Shown: positions 25,722-37,856 of the stretch, piece after piece | Layout: every line of letters starts with the position of its first letter | How positions within the stretch are numbered: position 1 is the stretch's first letter | Notes under the pieces: model-generated | Seen by the model: the letters and a program-made list of their open reading frames with translations, nothing else | Database searches by the model: none | What the model was told of the DNA's origin: nothing | NCBI GenBank assembly: GCA_040954595.2 | Contig: CM082585.2 | Span: forward strand, 5,419,808-5,483,807 | DNA from: Balanoglossus misakiensis | Lineage: Eukaryota; Animalia; Hemichordata | Direction: 5' to 3' | Length of the DNA stretch: 64,000 nucleotides | Position numbers and translations under genes: made by a program

Positions 25722-27978
25722 GGCTACTTTGCCGATTCGTTCGACCGAGTCGTTGGTACACTGACAACGTCTTCTAATAGACACAAGTGTCGTTGATGAA
25801 GCAGGATGTGAAATTATAGACACATTGATTCTTGAATCGTCTTGTGCGTTTCTCGTGCAGTGACAGGAAATGATTATATCACCAACAACTTTCTCATTGG
25901 GTTTTGATTTGGTATCACCAGTGTACTATCTTTGTGGGGAAAAAGTGCAAGCATAGGCTGGGCTATTTATAATTTACATGTAGGCCCCCACGATGCAGAG
26001 AACATGTTTTGCGTTATTTCTCTGATTTAAAATTCGAACCAAAAGCGTCTTTAATACTCAAAATTGGTTACTGAAGGGCGAGTATCAGTTCTTATGAAAC
26101 ATTGATGGGGGAAACATCAAAGTAAATAGTTGCGACGTGTATGTATATTCTGCTGTCATCTAACATACATGGCTTGTTGTTAATCAGTTATGTGGCGCTG
26201 TATTAAAACATGCATGGAGTTTAAATTTGTATTGAAAAATAAGACAACTACACAGTCGTTGACACCTTAAAGTACACCGTATCCGTTCCGACTAAATGTT
26301 TTCATCTGGAGGCAAATTAAAAGTACAGACAACCGTTCCAACTTCTGAGGCTTTAAGCAAATCACGACACATTCCCAGCCGCATCGAATCAGGTTATATA
26401 TCAGATATTGTTCTATCTAAACGCTTCGGGATGGGCAGACACTGTCCTCTTTCAAAATTATTCATGCTATACCTGAAAATATCACTGTGAGTGAACCTGA
26501 TTTATGTGTGTACGACACCTGGCCCCAGCAATAGTACAGCTAAACTCCCTGGTAATAAAACCCAGGATCCAGTTCATTCTATCTCATAAAACACACCATC
26601 CTTCTCTTGTGGGTGTCACCTTGATTAGCAACAGAAAGCTTAGACCGAAATATACGGGAAAAAGAGCGAAAAAGTGTACGGGTGGCCATTTTCATTTGGT
26701 AACAACTCACTGCCTGCTAGTTTCGATCTCTGTTGAGGATCGTTGAGAATGCAAGCCGCCCTAGTCAGAGTAAGTACACACCTAATGATCTGTTCATATA
26801 CTGTCAGGTGTGCAGAGTGACTTTGACAAGACATTTGCAACTTGCTGCAGTGGACTTTATATGTGTTTTTCCCCTCTATGCAGATGCATAATAACTTTGC
26901 CAAGAGAACCAAAATGTCATATTTTAAAGTGTTCTGCTGTCCTATGCTGTAGACCTTGTGTATACGTATACCTAACAAGGTATATTGAGTCTCGCCCTCT
27001 GCGTAAGAAGAATTGTGACTCTCCATTGTTGGTCCTGCCCAAACCCTGACATCATGCCCTTCCAATGCAATGCCAACTGTGTTGAAGTTAATCCACAACC
27101 CATGCCCTATAGTCCAGAGATCAACCTGCAGGCTATGTAGTGTCCATCACTTGAACTTGAAATTTCAGAGTATCGCAAATGATTACCACCATCTGGTCCC
27201 ATAAGGAGAAGTGGTTAATATGGAATACAGAATGTTGTACTAATTTCATGATATGAGATCTGAATCGGAGATTAGAAGAAGTTTCATTCAGGGGTTTCAT
27301 TCCCCGAGTGCATTCAAGATTATGGCGTTCAATGTTACCATTCTCTGCATCATGTCGGATTAATTTTAAAATATGAAATTTGGATCGTCTCGTTTGAAAT
27401 TCAATCACAATATCTCCTCTAGAGATGTTCCATCTGAAGCCGTCAGCACTCAAGAGTAATCACTTAATTTTTCTGCTGCATGTATCATTGTGTTTTGAGC
27501 TGCAAGGGCTCAAAATAACTGCCTCCTATTTTCTTGCTAAAAGTAGTTTTCTGTGATAATCATGCACCGGTTCTGTAATCATCGGTGTTCTTCATGCTTT
27601 CTCAGAGATAGTAACCAATGTAGTGTACAGACAATATTTAGTACCAATTTGTTTCAAAATGTTTTGACTGTTTGAAGGTCAACAGATAGTGAGATTTCTG
27701 TGAAAAATATTGTTTGCTTGATGAATTGTATTGACTCAGAGTTTAATACAAGATCTTTAGTGCGGAACAAATCAGTAATATTCAAAACAAAGTATGTGTA
27801 CAAACTATGTGTACTGAAAGAAAGTTGTTCCAGTAGGAATATGGCTCAGAATCAGAACATGTATGTAAACAAGTCACGTTGCTTAGTCGACAGAATAGGT
27901 TGTCGTTGCTTGGAGCTGGCACAAGAAAGTAGACAATGTGTACTCATAGCTTCTATTCATTTCTTTTCTTTTTCACAG

Positions 27979-28026
27979 CCCTGCATCAGAGAAGGGTACC
28001 TTCACAAACAGACCAACTCCTTCCAG
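27979..28026 (+). CDS. DGKH: Type II diacylglycerol kinase (eta/delta-like), PH-domain exon A: PCIREGYLHKQTNSFQ
   Basis: Acceptor ttcttttctttttcacAG, donor cag|GTAAGC, 48 nt, phase 0/0. The peptide matches the start of the DGK eta/delta PH domain (IKEG.L.KQT.SFQ) and joins in frame to the next exon. Confidence 0.93.
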
Positions 28027-28790
28027 GTAAGCTTTTTTTGTTGTCTCCATCGCCTTGAAACCCAAGAATCACACACATTCAGATAACTGTAGTCAAATAA
28101 ATCACCACTTTGATGACATGTCATGTTTTACCCAGTGGAAAAAGTAATTCTTTTTACTTAAATTTAAAAAAAAATCATTGCTTATGTATCTTTTAGTTGT
28201 ATGTGTTCATAATTTAAAAAAAAAATTCATTTATAACATACACAATATGGATATTGAGATTTTAAACATGGATTGTCAATGCCCAGTGAATTGTGTTATA
28301 TGAGTAGTAAACTCTTCTGCTCAAGGGCCCCTGGATATAAGCATGTGTTGAAACTCTACACGTGTGTGTTCGTTACCCCATGCGGGAGTAGCTGCTAGTA
28401 CATGGGATTTCCTCTGCAGTTTTCGATAATTGGAAACCAGGAAAAGTCAAATATTGATTCCCATTTGTGGAAGGGGGGGGGGGGGGGGTCTGCTGTGCTT
28501 TTTCAAACAGAGATGGGTTGTTTTTAATGGTACAACTAAAATTCATCGAGATGCAACAGAAGCAGTTATGGTGTCAGTGTTTCATAGAGGGCGCTGTTTT
28601 CTTGCTTCAAAGATCGGCGCGCTTCGATTAGGGAGAAAGGTGTATTGTTTTGTTGCCAGTTGAAGGAGTTTGGTTGTATTTTTTGCCTCTGTCAAAATTC
28701 ACGTTTTGTGCATCGTAAACGTGAATCTTCGTGAAAACCTTGGCCGGGAGTGAATACTCTCAAGGCAAGAGGAAGGCTTTGAATTACCGA

Positions 28791-28888
28791 TGTGAAAACA
28801 AATACGTGCAAAAGTTTATGCTGCAGGCACGTTCAAGATTGTGAAAACAAACACGGAGAGGTTTTAAGTAGCAGGGCAAGTTCAACAT
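28791..28888. repeat. Diverged tandem duplication, 49 bp x 2
   Basis: tgtgaaaacaaa(t/c)acg...gcagg(g)ca(c/a)gttcaa(g/c)at twice. Confidence 0.65.
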
Positions 28889-29108
28889 GTTCCAAATCAA
28901 AACATAGCGTGATAGCAGGGAGATTTTCAGTCAACCAAGTGAAGGGGAAAAAGTGAGGAGATATCAATTGAGTAACTATCTGACACTTCTATCATTGCAT
29001 TAGATGCGAGATAATTTGAGAGAGATTCAGAGCTTCCAGGACAGAACTGTTATGAATATATTTTATCTGAGATCAAATGATAAATATTGTGTTTTCTCAT
29101 TCAGTTTA

Positions 29109-29306
29109 TACTGTAAAACACTTTAATTTCGCGAGTTGAAATTTTCGCGATATCGAGAGAGGCCACTGTTTCGCGAGTATTAATTATTTCATTCACTACA
29201 TCGTTATCTTAAAAAAAAATTATGTGACTTTTTATTTTCACGCTATTTTAGCTCTAACGTATTTCGCCAAAATTTATTGCTCGCGAAAATAAAGTGTTTT
29301 ACAGTA
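29109..29306 (+). mobile_element. MITE family A
   Basis: Same TIRs and body, with a short internal deletion. Confidence 0.9.
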
Positions 29307-29942
29307 GTTCATCAGGGGTACTTCACCCTGCAGTAACAAAAGGTCAATGTTTCAGATACCAAAATGTCATTTTGATACGAGCTGTGTTACTGAACTCAAA
29401 GATGAAATTAAGTCATAAGTGCATGCCTCCAGGTTTGTTTGACACGGGTGGAAGGACGATTTAGAAATGTCACAGGCGATCCGCGGAGTCTGTTTAATTC
29501 CGTAGCACACATGACTTCCCCCATTTGCGAGGAAATGGCTAAAAATAAAAACCGGTTCCTCAGGGCCCTGTTTTGTATTCACATCGTGTTTGTTTTAAGA
29601 AACGTGCTCCGCGCTCGAGTGAAGGCGTGCATTACAAAAACAGTCGGATATTTGCCGGGAGTATGTCTGTCTGTGACTCCGGGAGATCCGGCGCAAATCA
29701 TTAGGGAGAACCGGGAACGGCATAGTAAACGCCGGGTCTGCCAGAGGAGAGACCTCGGAAGATGTATTGACTCGGCACGTATTTCCACGGACTGCAATTG
29801 GCGGTCGACTTTCGAAACACATTCTTCACGTTCTGTCGCGTATAGCCGATGCCACTCTTGATTTTTTGTCTGCGTGAAATAATACTATACACCCAAACAT
29901 CTCATTAGCAAGACTGTCTGGCTTTTTAAATGGAATTGAAAG

Positions 29943-30015
29943 TACAGTGAACCCTGTCTAGACTGAACCCTACCTATTAATGCAGAAATCCTGTCCATAC
30001 TGAACACGGGCCATT
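29943..30015. mobile_element. Possible left-end remnant of another Tigger-like MITE
   Basis: Starts TA-CAGTGAACCCTGTC, with a repeated CCTGTC...ACTGAAC motif; no matching right end found. Confidence 0.35.
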
Positions 30016-30141
30016 TCCAGTCACGTAGAATAGCATTTTAAAAAGACTCTATGAAACGGGTTTCGCTGCAAAATCTGCCAAGGGAGAGAAATGACGTTGC
30101 TAATAAGTGTCGATAGAGTATTGGCATTGAGTATTGCCACA

Positions 30142-30293
30142 TAAGTCAAACCTGTGTTAGTGGCCACCTCTATATAATGGCCACTTTGTTACAGTCTGTG
30201 TGCAGTTTACATATACATTATTTTATTAACCTGTCTATAAAGGCCACTTTGGGAAAGTCCCTGGACTGGCCATTATAGACAGGTTTGACTGTA
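30142..30293. mobile_element. MITE family E (pogo/Tigger-like Tc1/mariner, CAGTC termini)
   Basis: TA-AGTCAAACCTGT...ACAGGTTTGACTG-TA inverted termini, with internally repeated TA(T/A)A..GGCCAC motifs. Single copy in the window. Confidence 0.7.
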
Positions 30294-32311
30294 CAAAAAA
30301 AATCACAGGCAAGAATAGCAAAGTGGGGAGACTGGAGAGAATGATAGATTTGGTCAGCGTCAAGTGTGAATTGAAAATATGAGGGAAGTTTGGGACTAGG
30401 CAGGGTACAGGTTACAAGGACATGCCAATTTTCCACCTGATATTTCTCTGGAATAATCTGCAATCCCAAAGGCCCCAATTTGTGCTCTATTTTAAGGACA
30501 AAAATATCAAGGTCATGGTCATGCCCAAGGTGAATTAGCCCTTTTTGGAAAACTACCAGCTGGGTTTGTTGATTCAGTATATCATTGGATCTGAATGCTT
30601 ATTTTTCTTCAAGTTCAAGTTCAGTGTTGTGGAGGCCTCCCATGCAGGCCACAGCTGGTCTGTTTACATCAATCAGTTGCTCTAGCCCCACTATTATTTC
30701 AGTGCTTCATTCAGGATGGTATCAGCAGGGGGATATGTCCCCCTTTGCCTCTGGAATATTTGAGGGGGGTTCCACTCTGGCAAGGGGGATTGTAGTATCT
30801 CCAATGTGTAAGTTGCATATTAAGGGCAACTGCCCCCCCCCCCCCCCTTGACAAATTGCTAAGGGGTGCCAACATGTCAATAGGGATGAATCCCCCATCC
30901 AGATGATACACTGCTACATGTATTTCATTATGATGCGAGTTATTTCTCCAACAGGCTTAAACTATCAATGCTGACTATATATGTACAGTCAGCGTTGTTA
31001 CTGAATGTGGAGTTGCATTAACTTGTCAAATAACAATTATTGTTACACACACACGTACAGAAGAATGCAGTGCATGGGAGAATGTGTATGTATGCCGCAG
31101 TTGCATTCAGAACACACCCTGGCCTGACAAAGGTGGCTTTCTGTGGCCATTTACCGTACTGCCGACCACATTTGCAGCCTCAAAGGGCCATCATACCCAC
31201 TGCATAGTGAAACACACTGCATGTCTCACACTACAGCTTGCTTGTGACGTGAATTTGCTCAGGCATTTTGAGGAGGGGGTGATTGGAAGCCCCTTCCAAC
31301 CCCCATCACCGGGATGGAAAGCTGAGCGCCACCTGTGTTCTAACGATGTTGTTTTATGCTCTTTTGTTTTTCATGTCTCAGCTGAAGATAAAGACAGACA
31401 AGGTTAGACATTCCAATGCTATATTCACTCTGACGGAATATGATTTATGAGTGTTCACACCTCTCCCTCGAGAATTTTTTTCAAATCTTAAATTCAGCAT
31501 GTTCTGTTCAAAAATAGCATGACTGTGTGCTTCAAGTGGCAATGCTATTGCAAACTCTACTCATGTTGTCTTTCCAAGCATTTCCTAACTAATCTCATAC
31601 AGCTCAAGGATCCCCCGAGCCAGCACATCTTTCACTAAACACAGCGCCACCAAACTAAATACAATATGCATTACATTCTTTTGTTTTCAGCGTAACAATT
31701 AAGGGGCAATTTTCAATCCCTAGCTCGCATTAACTCTTGTTGACATTGACTGTCTGTGTTGTGCAAAACTTTTAACACAAATTTCACACATAGTAAAAGA
31801 CAGCAATGTAAACACACTGTCTCTTACATAAACTTTCTTGCCAGGTCGCAGAAAAATATCTACCACCCTCTTGATGTTGTTTTGGTTATTGTTTCATGCA
31901 AAAAGGTTATTTATGTTCATCAGCAATCAAACTCTGCGTATTCATATTAATTAAATTCTCCAGTGACGTAATTTCTGGTGTGTACTATAAATTACGTCAT
32001 CAACTCATTTGCATGATACATATGTCTGAACTTTCAGAGCATAGCTGTGGAAACATTCTTCATACGTTTAGAAAGCAAAACAAAACAAATATCTTTTCAC
32101 ATGAAGCAAAACAAGCAAAAGAATGTCAAAACAATATTAACTTTACAGCTTTATTTATCTGTATTAGATTATTTTTCACAATTTTTACTAATCTAAGAAC
32201 TCTTGGCTTTTTCTTTATTTTAATTCTACATCCATGTTTTCTTTTCTTCTGATTTTGAATTGCTTCATGAAACAAAGAATGAACGTTTTGACTTTTCTGT
32301 TTTATTTTCAG

Positions 32312-32374
32312 AGGTGGAAACCCAGATACTTCAAATTGCGAGGGAAGAAGCTTTACTATGCCAAGGACGAAAAG
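32312..32374 (+). CDS. DGKH: Type II DGK PH-domain exon B: RWKPRYFKLRGKKLYYAKDEK
   Basis: Acceptor ttttctgttttattttcAG, donor aag|GTGAGA, 63 nt, phase 0/0. Matches the DGKH/DGKD motif RWKKRYFKLRGRTLYYAKD.K. Too short to appear in the ORF track. Confidence 0.95.
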
Positions 32375-32599
32375 GTGAGAGGGGGAGAGGAATGAGGGGG
32401 GGGGAGGGGGTATGATAGCAAGAGATGGCTCATTTTATTTGGGAGGGGGGTTAGAGGGAGACCCAAGTTAAAGTGACATAACCCCTTTGCAGCCTTGCTG
32501 TATCTTATGTCAGCTCGCGGTGAAAAGAGTAAAAACAATGGGTACAGTTGTTTTGAACTGTAGGTGGCGCCAATCAATGGCGTAAAATGTGCCTTGGAT

Positions 32600-32817
32600 A
32601 TAGGATATGAGTAAAAATCTTGCCAAAATGAATAAACGTTAGAGACCGATTTTTCATTTTGATGAGTTTTTCACTCGTGTCTACAAGCGGGATGGAAGTT
32701 GTGTGTGGTTGAACATTGATTTACTATATATCCACATGTAGAATAACATAAACGGTGTCTTGTATCAAACATAGTTAATGGAAAAAGGGCAGCGAGAGAG
32801 AGACTTTGTCCCTTTAA
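32600..32817. mobile_element. MITE family B, right-hand ~60% only
   Basis: Centre plus right TIR ending GACTTTGTCCCT-TTAA; left TIR absent. Confidence 0.85.
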
Positions 32818-33158
32818 TATATACCAGACATCAAAATTACACTGTATACCCTGTCTGCCTACTGGACTTTTTTTCCTGTTTGCTTGTCGTCGCCAATTGC
32901 AGATTATTTTAGGAAATTCTCTCAACATTCTACCAGCTAATTTTAACAGTTATTTCCACCTTCACAGCAGAATTTAGCAGAATTCCCAATTCTTTACTGT
33001 GTTGTGTGTGTTGTCTTGCCAGTCCTTGCAATTATAGAATAATTTCATCCGGTTTTATTTTCAACCAGCTAATTTTAGAATAATAGATTTCTGCTTACTA
33101 TTCTGGTCACCAGAGTGTCGTGTTGTTATAGGCCAGCCCACTCTCATTGTTCACAGAA

Positions 33159-33358
33159 TACTGTAAAACACTTTATTTTCGCGAGCAATAAATTTATAAA
33201 GCCGAAATAGCGTGAAAATAAAAAGTCGCGTAAATTTATTTTGAAGATAACGATGCAGTGGATGAAATAAGAGAACGCGAAAATTAATACTCGCGAAACA
33301 GTGGCCTCTCTCGATATCGCGAAAATTTCAACTCGCGAAAATAAAGTGTTTTACAGTA
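33159..33358 (-). mobile_element. MITE family A
   Basis: Perfect TIRs TACTGTAAAACACTTTATTTTCGCGAG; reverse orientation. Confidence 0.9.
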
Positions 33359-34080
33359 GTCCATATTGTTCACTCAGAATTTTCAGAAATAACCTCCATT
33401 GAAAACTGTTTCGGTAACCCAAAACATGGAAAAATTGTTAAAATGAGATAGAAAATATATATATATCACAAAAAAGTAAACCTGTCTTATTTTGAATTAT
33501 GGCTTTTTCTGTTTAAAGAAAACAACCTGTTCTATCCAGTGAATCTGAATATACTGTAGTAGGGTAGTGAAAGTATTGGTTAAGGTTCATCATATCCTGC
33601 GCCCATCAGGGCAAAGGTCAGAGACACTGCCCTCTAGAGAGAGTCTGCTGGCCGTTCTTCCGTCTCCAAATTTGCACCCCAGGGGAACCGAATTCTTGGT
33701 GTCACCTGATCCATTGGAAATAAAGTACATGTAGTTGTATTGTAGTAGTAATCACCTCAGACTGCTATTTATAGCTGTGGTTGTTGTTGGTAACGGATGG
33801 AAGCCTCCAATTTGGATTCCTGCAGGAAGTTGCGGGTTCATTCGTGTCAGTGTGGGTGTCCTATGGGAGAAGACAGTCATTAAGGAGTTCTTCGCTATTT
33901 CGGGTGATAATAAGCCTGGCCCCAGCTGTGTGTGTGTGTTTGTTTTTTGTTTTTTGGCTCTTGTTTTCAACAAGTTTCTCAGTTTTGCTAGCATCATGCA
34001 CAGGTGGTTCTGTAGGTTACTGTCACTCATGCTAAAAATGGAGCAAAACATATAAACCAATACATACTGCTATTACTAGA

Positions 34081-34526
34081 CATACATACATACATACATA
34101 CATACATACATACATACATACATACATACATACATACATACATACATACATACATACATACATACATTCATACATACATACATACATACATTCATACATA
34201 CATACATACATACATACATACATACATACATACATACATACATACATACATACATTCATACATACATACATACATACATACATACATACATACATACATA
34301 CATTCATACATACATACATACATACATACATACATACATACATACATACATACATACATACATACATACATACATACATACATACATACATACATACATA
34401 CATTCATACATACATACATACATACATACATACATACATACATACATACATACATACATACATACATACATACATACATACATACATACATACATACATA
34501 CATACATACATACATACATTCATACA
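34081..34526. repeat. (CATA)n microsatellite, ~446 bp, with occasional CATT variants
   Basis: Direct inspection; explains the MYVC-repeat ORFs. Confidence 0.98.
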
Positions 34527-35437
34527 GCACACTGACATGTGAACACGACACACAAGAGTAGAAATACATTATTGTTTAGTCTTCCACCCCTACAAGCACC
34601 ATACAATGGCTTCATCCTCTCAAAGAAGCAAACTGCTGTTAGAGTCTGTGAATGGATCCTTTATATCTTTGAAAAAATTGTCTTCTGAAGATCCTAGATA
34701 AAGGCATATGGCACTCTTCTCTGCAAATAGCAACATCAACTTGAGACCTCAGATTAATGACAGGCCGACAGGAATAGAAAACCTACCCCCGGGGGGAATT
34801 TGCTAATCTCCAAAGTGCCTGTCCATTGAGGGGTGGCCATAGGAATCAAAATGCAATGGCAGATAAACACATTTGTTGTTTGAAATTCTAAAAAGCCATT
34901 ACGAATTTTCCAGTGAAATGACCGAATAAATGAGATGGCCTGAAGATTACGGCTTATCGCATATTACCCTAGAGGCGCATTCAGGCAACGAAACCAGGAT
35001 GTATATAGTTTACTCTCCACTCTGATTCCAAGGATGTGAAACCTCCTCGGACGTCAATACCTGGCCATTGTCAGTGCTAGCATTCCGGTGTGCAATTTCA
35101 AAACCGGCGGTAAACTTCCTGTAAATCTGATTAGGATACGTTTTGAGAGCGGATGCGTGCATAACAAACAAACTGAAGCCAAATGAAATTGCATTGATTT
35201 GACACAAATGTCGTGACCAAGTCAGGATGTGGGTCTATTAACTTTATTGTGGCTTCGATAGGAGCCTTTCAGAGTATTCATTTGTGTGAATGGTCATAAT
35301 ACGCTCACAGTGTCAAAATTGAATTTGTACGAAAACTGTAGTCAGCATAAAATGTGACTTTTCAGCTTTCATTTGCGTGCATTAATATATGCAAATAGAA
35401 ACTGTTAGTATAGGCTGCAAATGTGTATGTATGTATG

Positions 35438-35583
35438 TACTGTGAAACATGAAATTTTCGTGACATCAAAGAGGGCACGATTAATTTTCGCGTTCTATTA
35501 TTTCTTTGCATCGGTATCTCCGACAAACATTTTTACGAAACTTGTTATTTTCGCGTTTTTTAAGCTCTCACGAAGTTCGTGAA
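35438..35583 (+). mobile_element. MITE family A, old degenerate copy
   Basis: tactgtgaaaca...aaattttcg...attaattttcgcgttct...tgcatcg...attttcgcgtt; right TIR missing. Confidence 0.6.
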
Positions 35584-36248
35584 CCATCAACTGTACCAAG
35601 CAGCGAATACAGAGATATACATGCAAGCCCTTTCTAAGCATAAAGGTTAAAGTCACCAATAGGCATATCAGTTGTCACTTAAGTGCAATAAACCAGGGAT
35701 TAATGAATCGTGCCTTAAAGAGCGATTTTAGTCTGGGCGCAGTTTTGCACGCCATATCGCCGATGTATGCACAGCGTAATTAGAGGCTGAGCACATTAAT
35801 GTGGGCTACACTGCGTCTCTTGTGGCAAGAATCAGTGATACATTGAGTGTGGGGGAGGGCATTGCTATAATGGCCCAGCTAATGGAGGTATTTGATTTCT
35901 GATAAGCTGCGATGACAATAAGTAGGGCTTTTTTTAACATAAGTTGGCTGGTAGAATTGTCAGTTGACAGATTTAAGACGTCGCCAGTGTGCATCGAGCC
36001 ACTCCGCGTCGAAAGTGTTACTCCTCCAGAAAAGTTTTTTCTCTGTCTATGCTGCATTTTCATTACCACATAATGTACAAAAACAATATAGATTCCGGAC
36101 TGAAAAAGCCTTGGTTGATTGTTGTCATGTCAACAGTTTGTAATGTTTCCACGTACATAAACCACTGAAATAAGTGACTTTTTGGAATTTTGCATCAGAG
36201 ATGTAGAATTCACGGGATACAAGGCAAACCTTTTAAAATGACTATCCC

Positions 36249-36441
36249 TTAAAGGTATACAGTCACCTCCAATTTACATACGCCCATATATGGCTGAAGT
36301 GGTGTATTTGAGCTTTTTAAAGAACATATGGTGGCGCTCTTTTTTTTGCGTGTGCCACCCCCTGAAAATCTGTGATTGGCTGGATCTCAATTTGCCATGG
36401 TAACTATAGCTAATTTTCCATAGGTGACCGTATCCCTTTAA
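36249..36441 (+). mobile_element. MITE family C
   Basis: TIRs with one substitution each, TTAA duplication, homologous body. Confidence 0.88.
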
Positions 36442-36829
36442 CGGAGCTGAAAAGAAAAACAACATTGAAAACAAGAATATTTGACAAATCCGAAGAAGGT
36501 TTGATATTTGCTTCGTCTGACAGTGATCGATTCTCTCCCGATTGTGACTGACAATCTAATACTGGTTTTTACTAGTTCAGTCGTTTCAACAGCGCATTGC
36601 AGGTTATACACAGGTGACAGCCCCAGGCTCACAATTTCAACAACTGATTGATAAACACTTGACACATTCCTGCTTCAGAGAATTGCATGCTGAAGTATAG
36701 CAACCAAGGTGGTTCAGAAAAAGGAAACACTTAATAGAGGAATAACAAACAGACAGTAATAATTTTATGTATTTTCAAAAATCTTTTGTCTGGAATATAA
36801 TTATCAGGGCTAAAAGTTTAGTTTAAATC

Positions 36830-37020
36830 TACTGTAAAACACTTTATTTTCGCAAGTTGAAATTTTCGCAATATTGAGAGGCCACTGTTTCGCGAGTATT
36901 AATTTTCGCGTTCTTTTATTTCATTCACTGCTATCTCCGAAAAAAATATACGCGACTTTATATTTTCACGTTAATTTGGCTCTCGCGTATTTCGCGAAAA
37001 TTTATTCTTCGCGAAAATAT
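36830..37020 (+). mobile_element. MITE family A, right TIR truncated
   Basis: Left TIR intact and body homologous; ends at cgcgaaaata. Confidence 0.85.
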
Positions 37021-37649
37021 AATAATTAGTATACACAAGATTTGTAACCATTCTGAACATATGGTGGAAATGTTACAGTTTCTGGCAGATGTATTGAGTC
37101 GGGCAGCGAACTGTGCCGATATTTACGATTAACAAGTGTCAGACTGAGCGACGAGATTTGCGCGTGATGAAAAACTGACTTTGCCTCAAGGAACTCGGTA
37201 ATGGCCATCCTGTTACTTTGGGATTATTTTCTAATACGCCTCCTGTCATATCGGAGTTAAAATGCGTTTTATTTTCACCGCAGAGAGTGAATTCTGACTG
37301 TGCTTGTAAGTGCTATTATATTATCGCGGAGTTTGAACTGATAAAAGTCCCACATTGGATTTTCTTAATGTGTTTGTGCCGAGTTCTCAAGTCGTTGTTA
37401 TTTCAGTCTGGCCTTGACTTTGTTGATTTCATTCTTGGGGGATTACGCCCGTGGCATTGACATTCAGATGGCATATTCTGCAAGAGAGAATTTCTAAGAT
37501 ATATGTAGATGATACTGGAGCCCATGCAAACAGACTTGATCCAACATTTTAGTGTTGTTTTTTAAAAATTTGTAATTAATGTTCTGTACTCTTGCCTGTC
37601 GTACGCTCACTGACATCACACTCCAACCAAGACAAAAGTTACGTGTAAA

Positions 37650-37856
37650 GCATGTTATTCCAAAAGATTGATTATGAAATATGCTTAGAGCAGGATATAA
37701 AAGATCGCTAATTTGCATAATCAGTTATGATTGGCTAATTTGTCTTGCATATTGCATGTTTTTCCAAAAGATTGATCAAGAAATATGCTTAGAGCAGGAT
37801 ATAGAAGATCACTAATTTGCATAATCAGTTATGATTGGCTAATTTGTCTTGCATAT
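37650..37856. repeat. Tandem duplication, 104 bp x 2
   Basis: gcatgtt..tccaaaagattgat...taatttgcataatcagttatgattggctaatttgtcttgcatat at 37650 and 37754. Confidence 0.92.

Noticed and set aside
33752-33930. Antisense exon-like stretch LGPGLLSPEIAKNSLMTVFSHRTPTL...
   Set aside because: The acceptor lacks a pyrimidine tract (it is a CA repeat); no recognisable homology or partner exons.
34032-34569. Long MYVC-repeat ORFs
   Set aside because: They are translations of the (CATA)n microsatellite.
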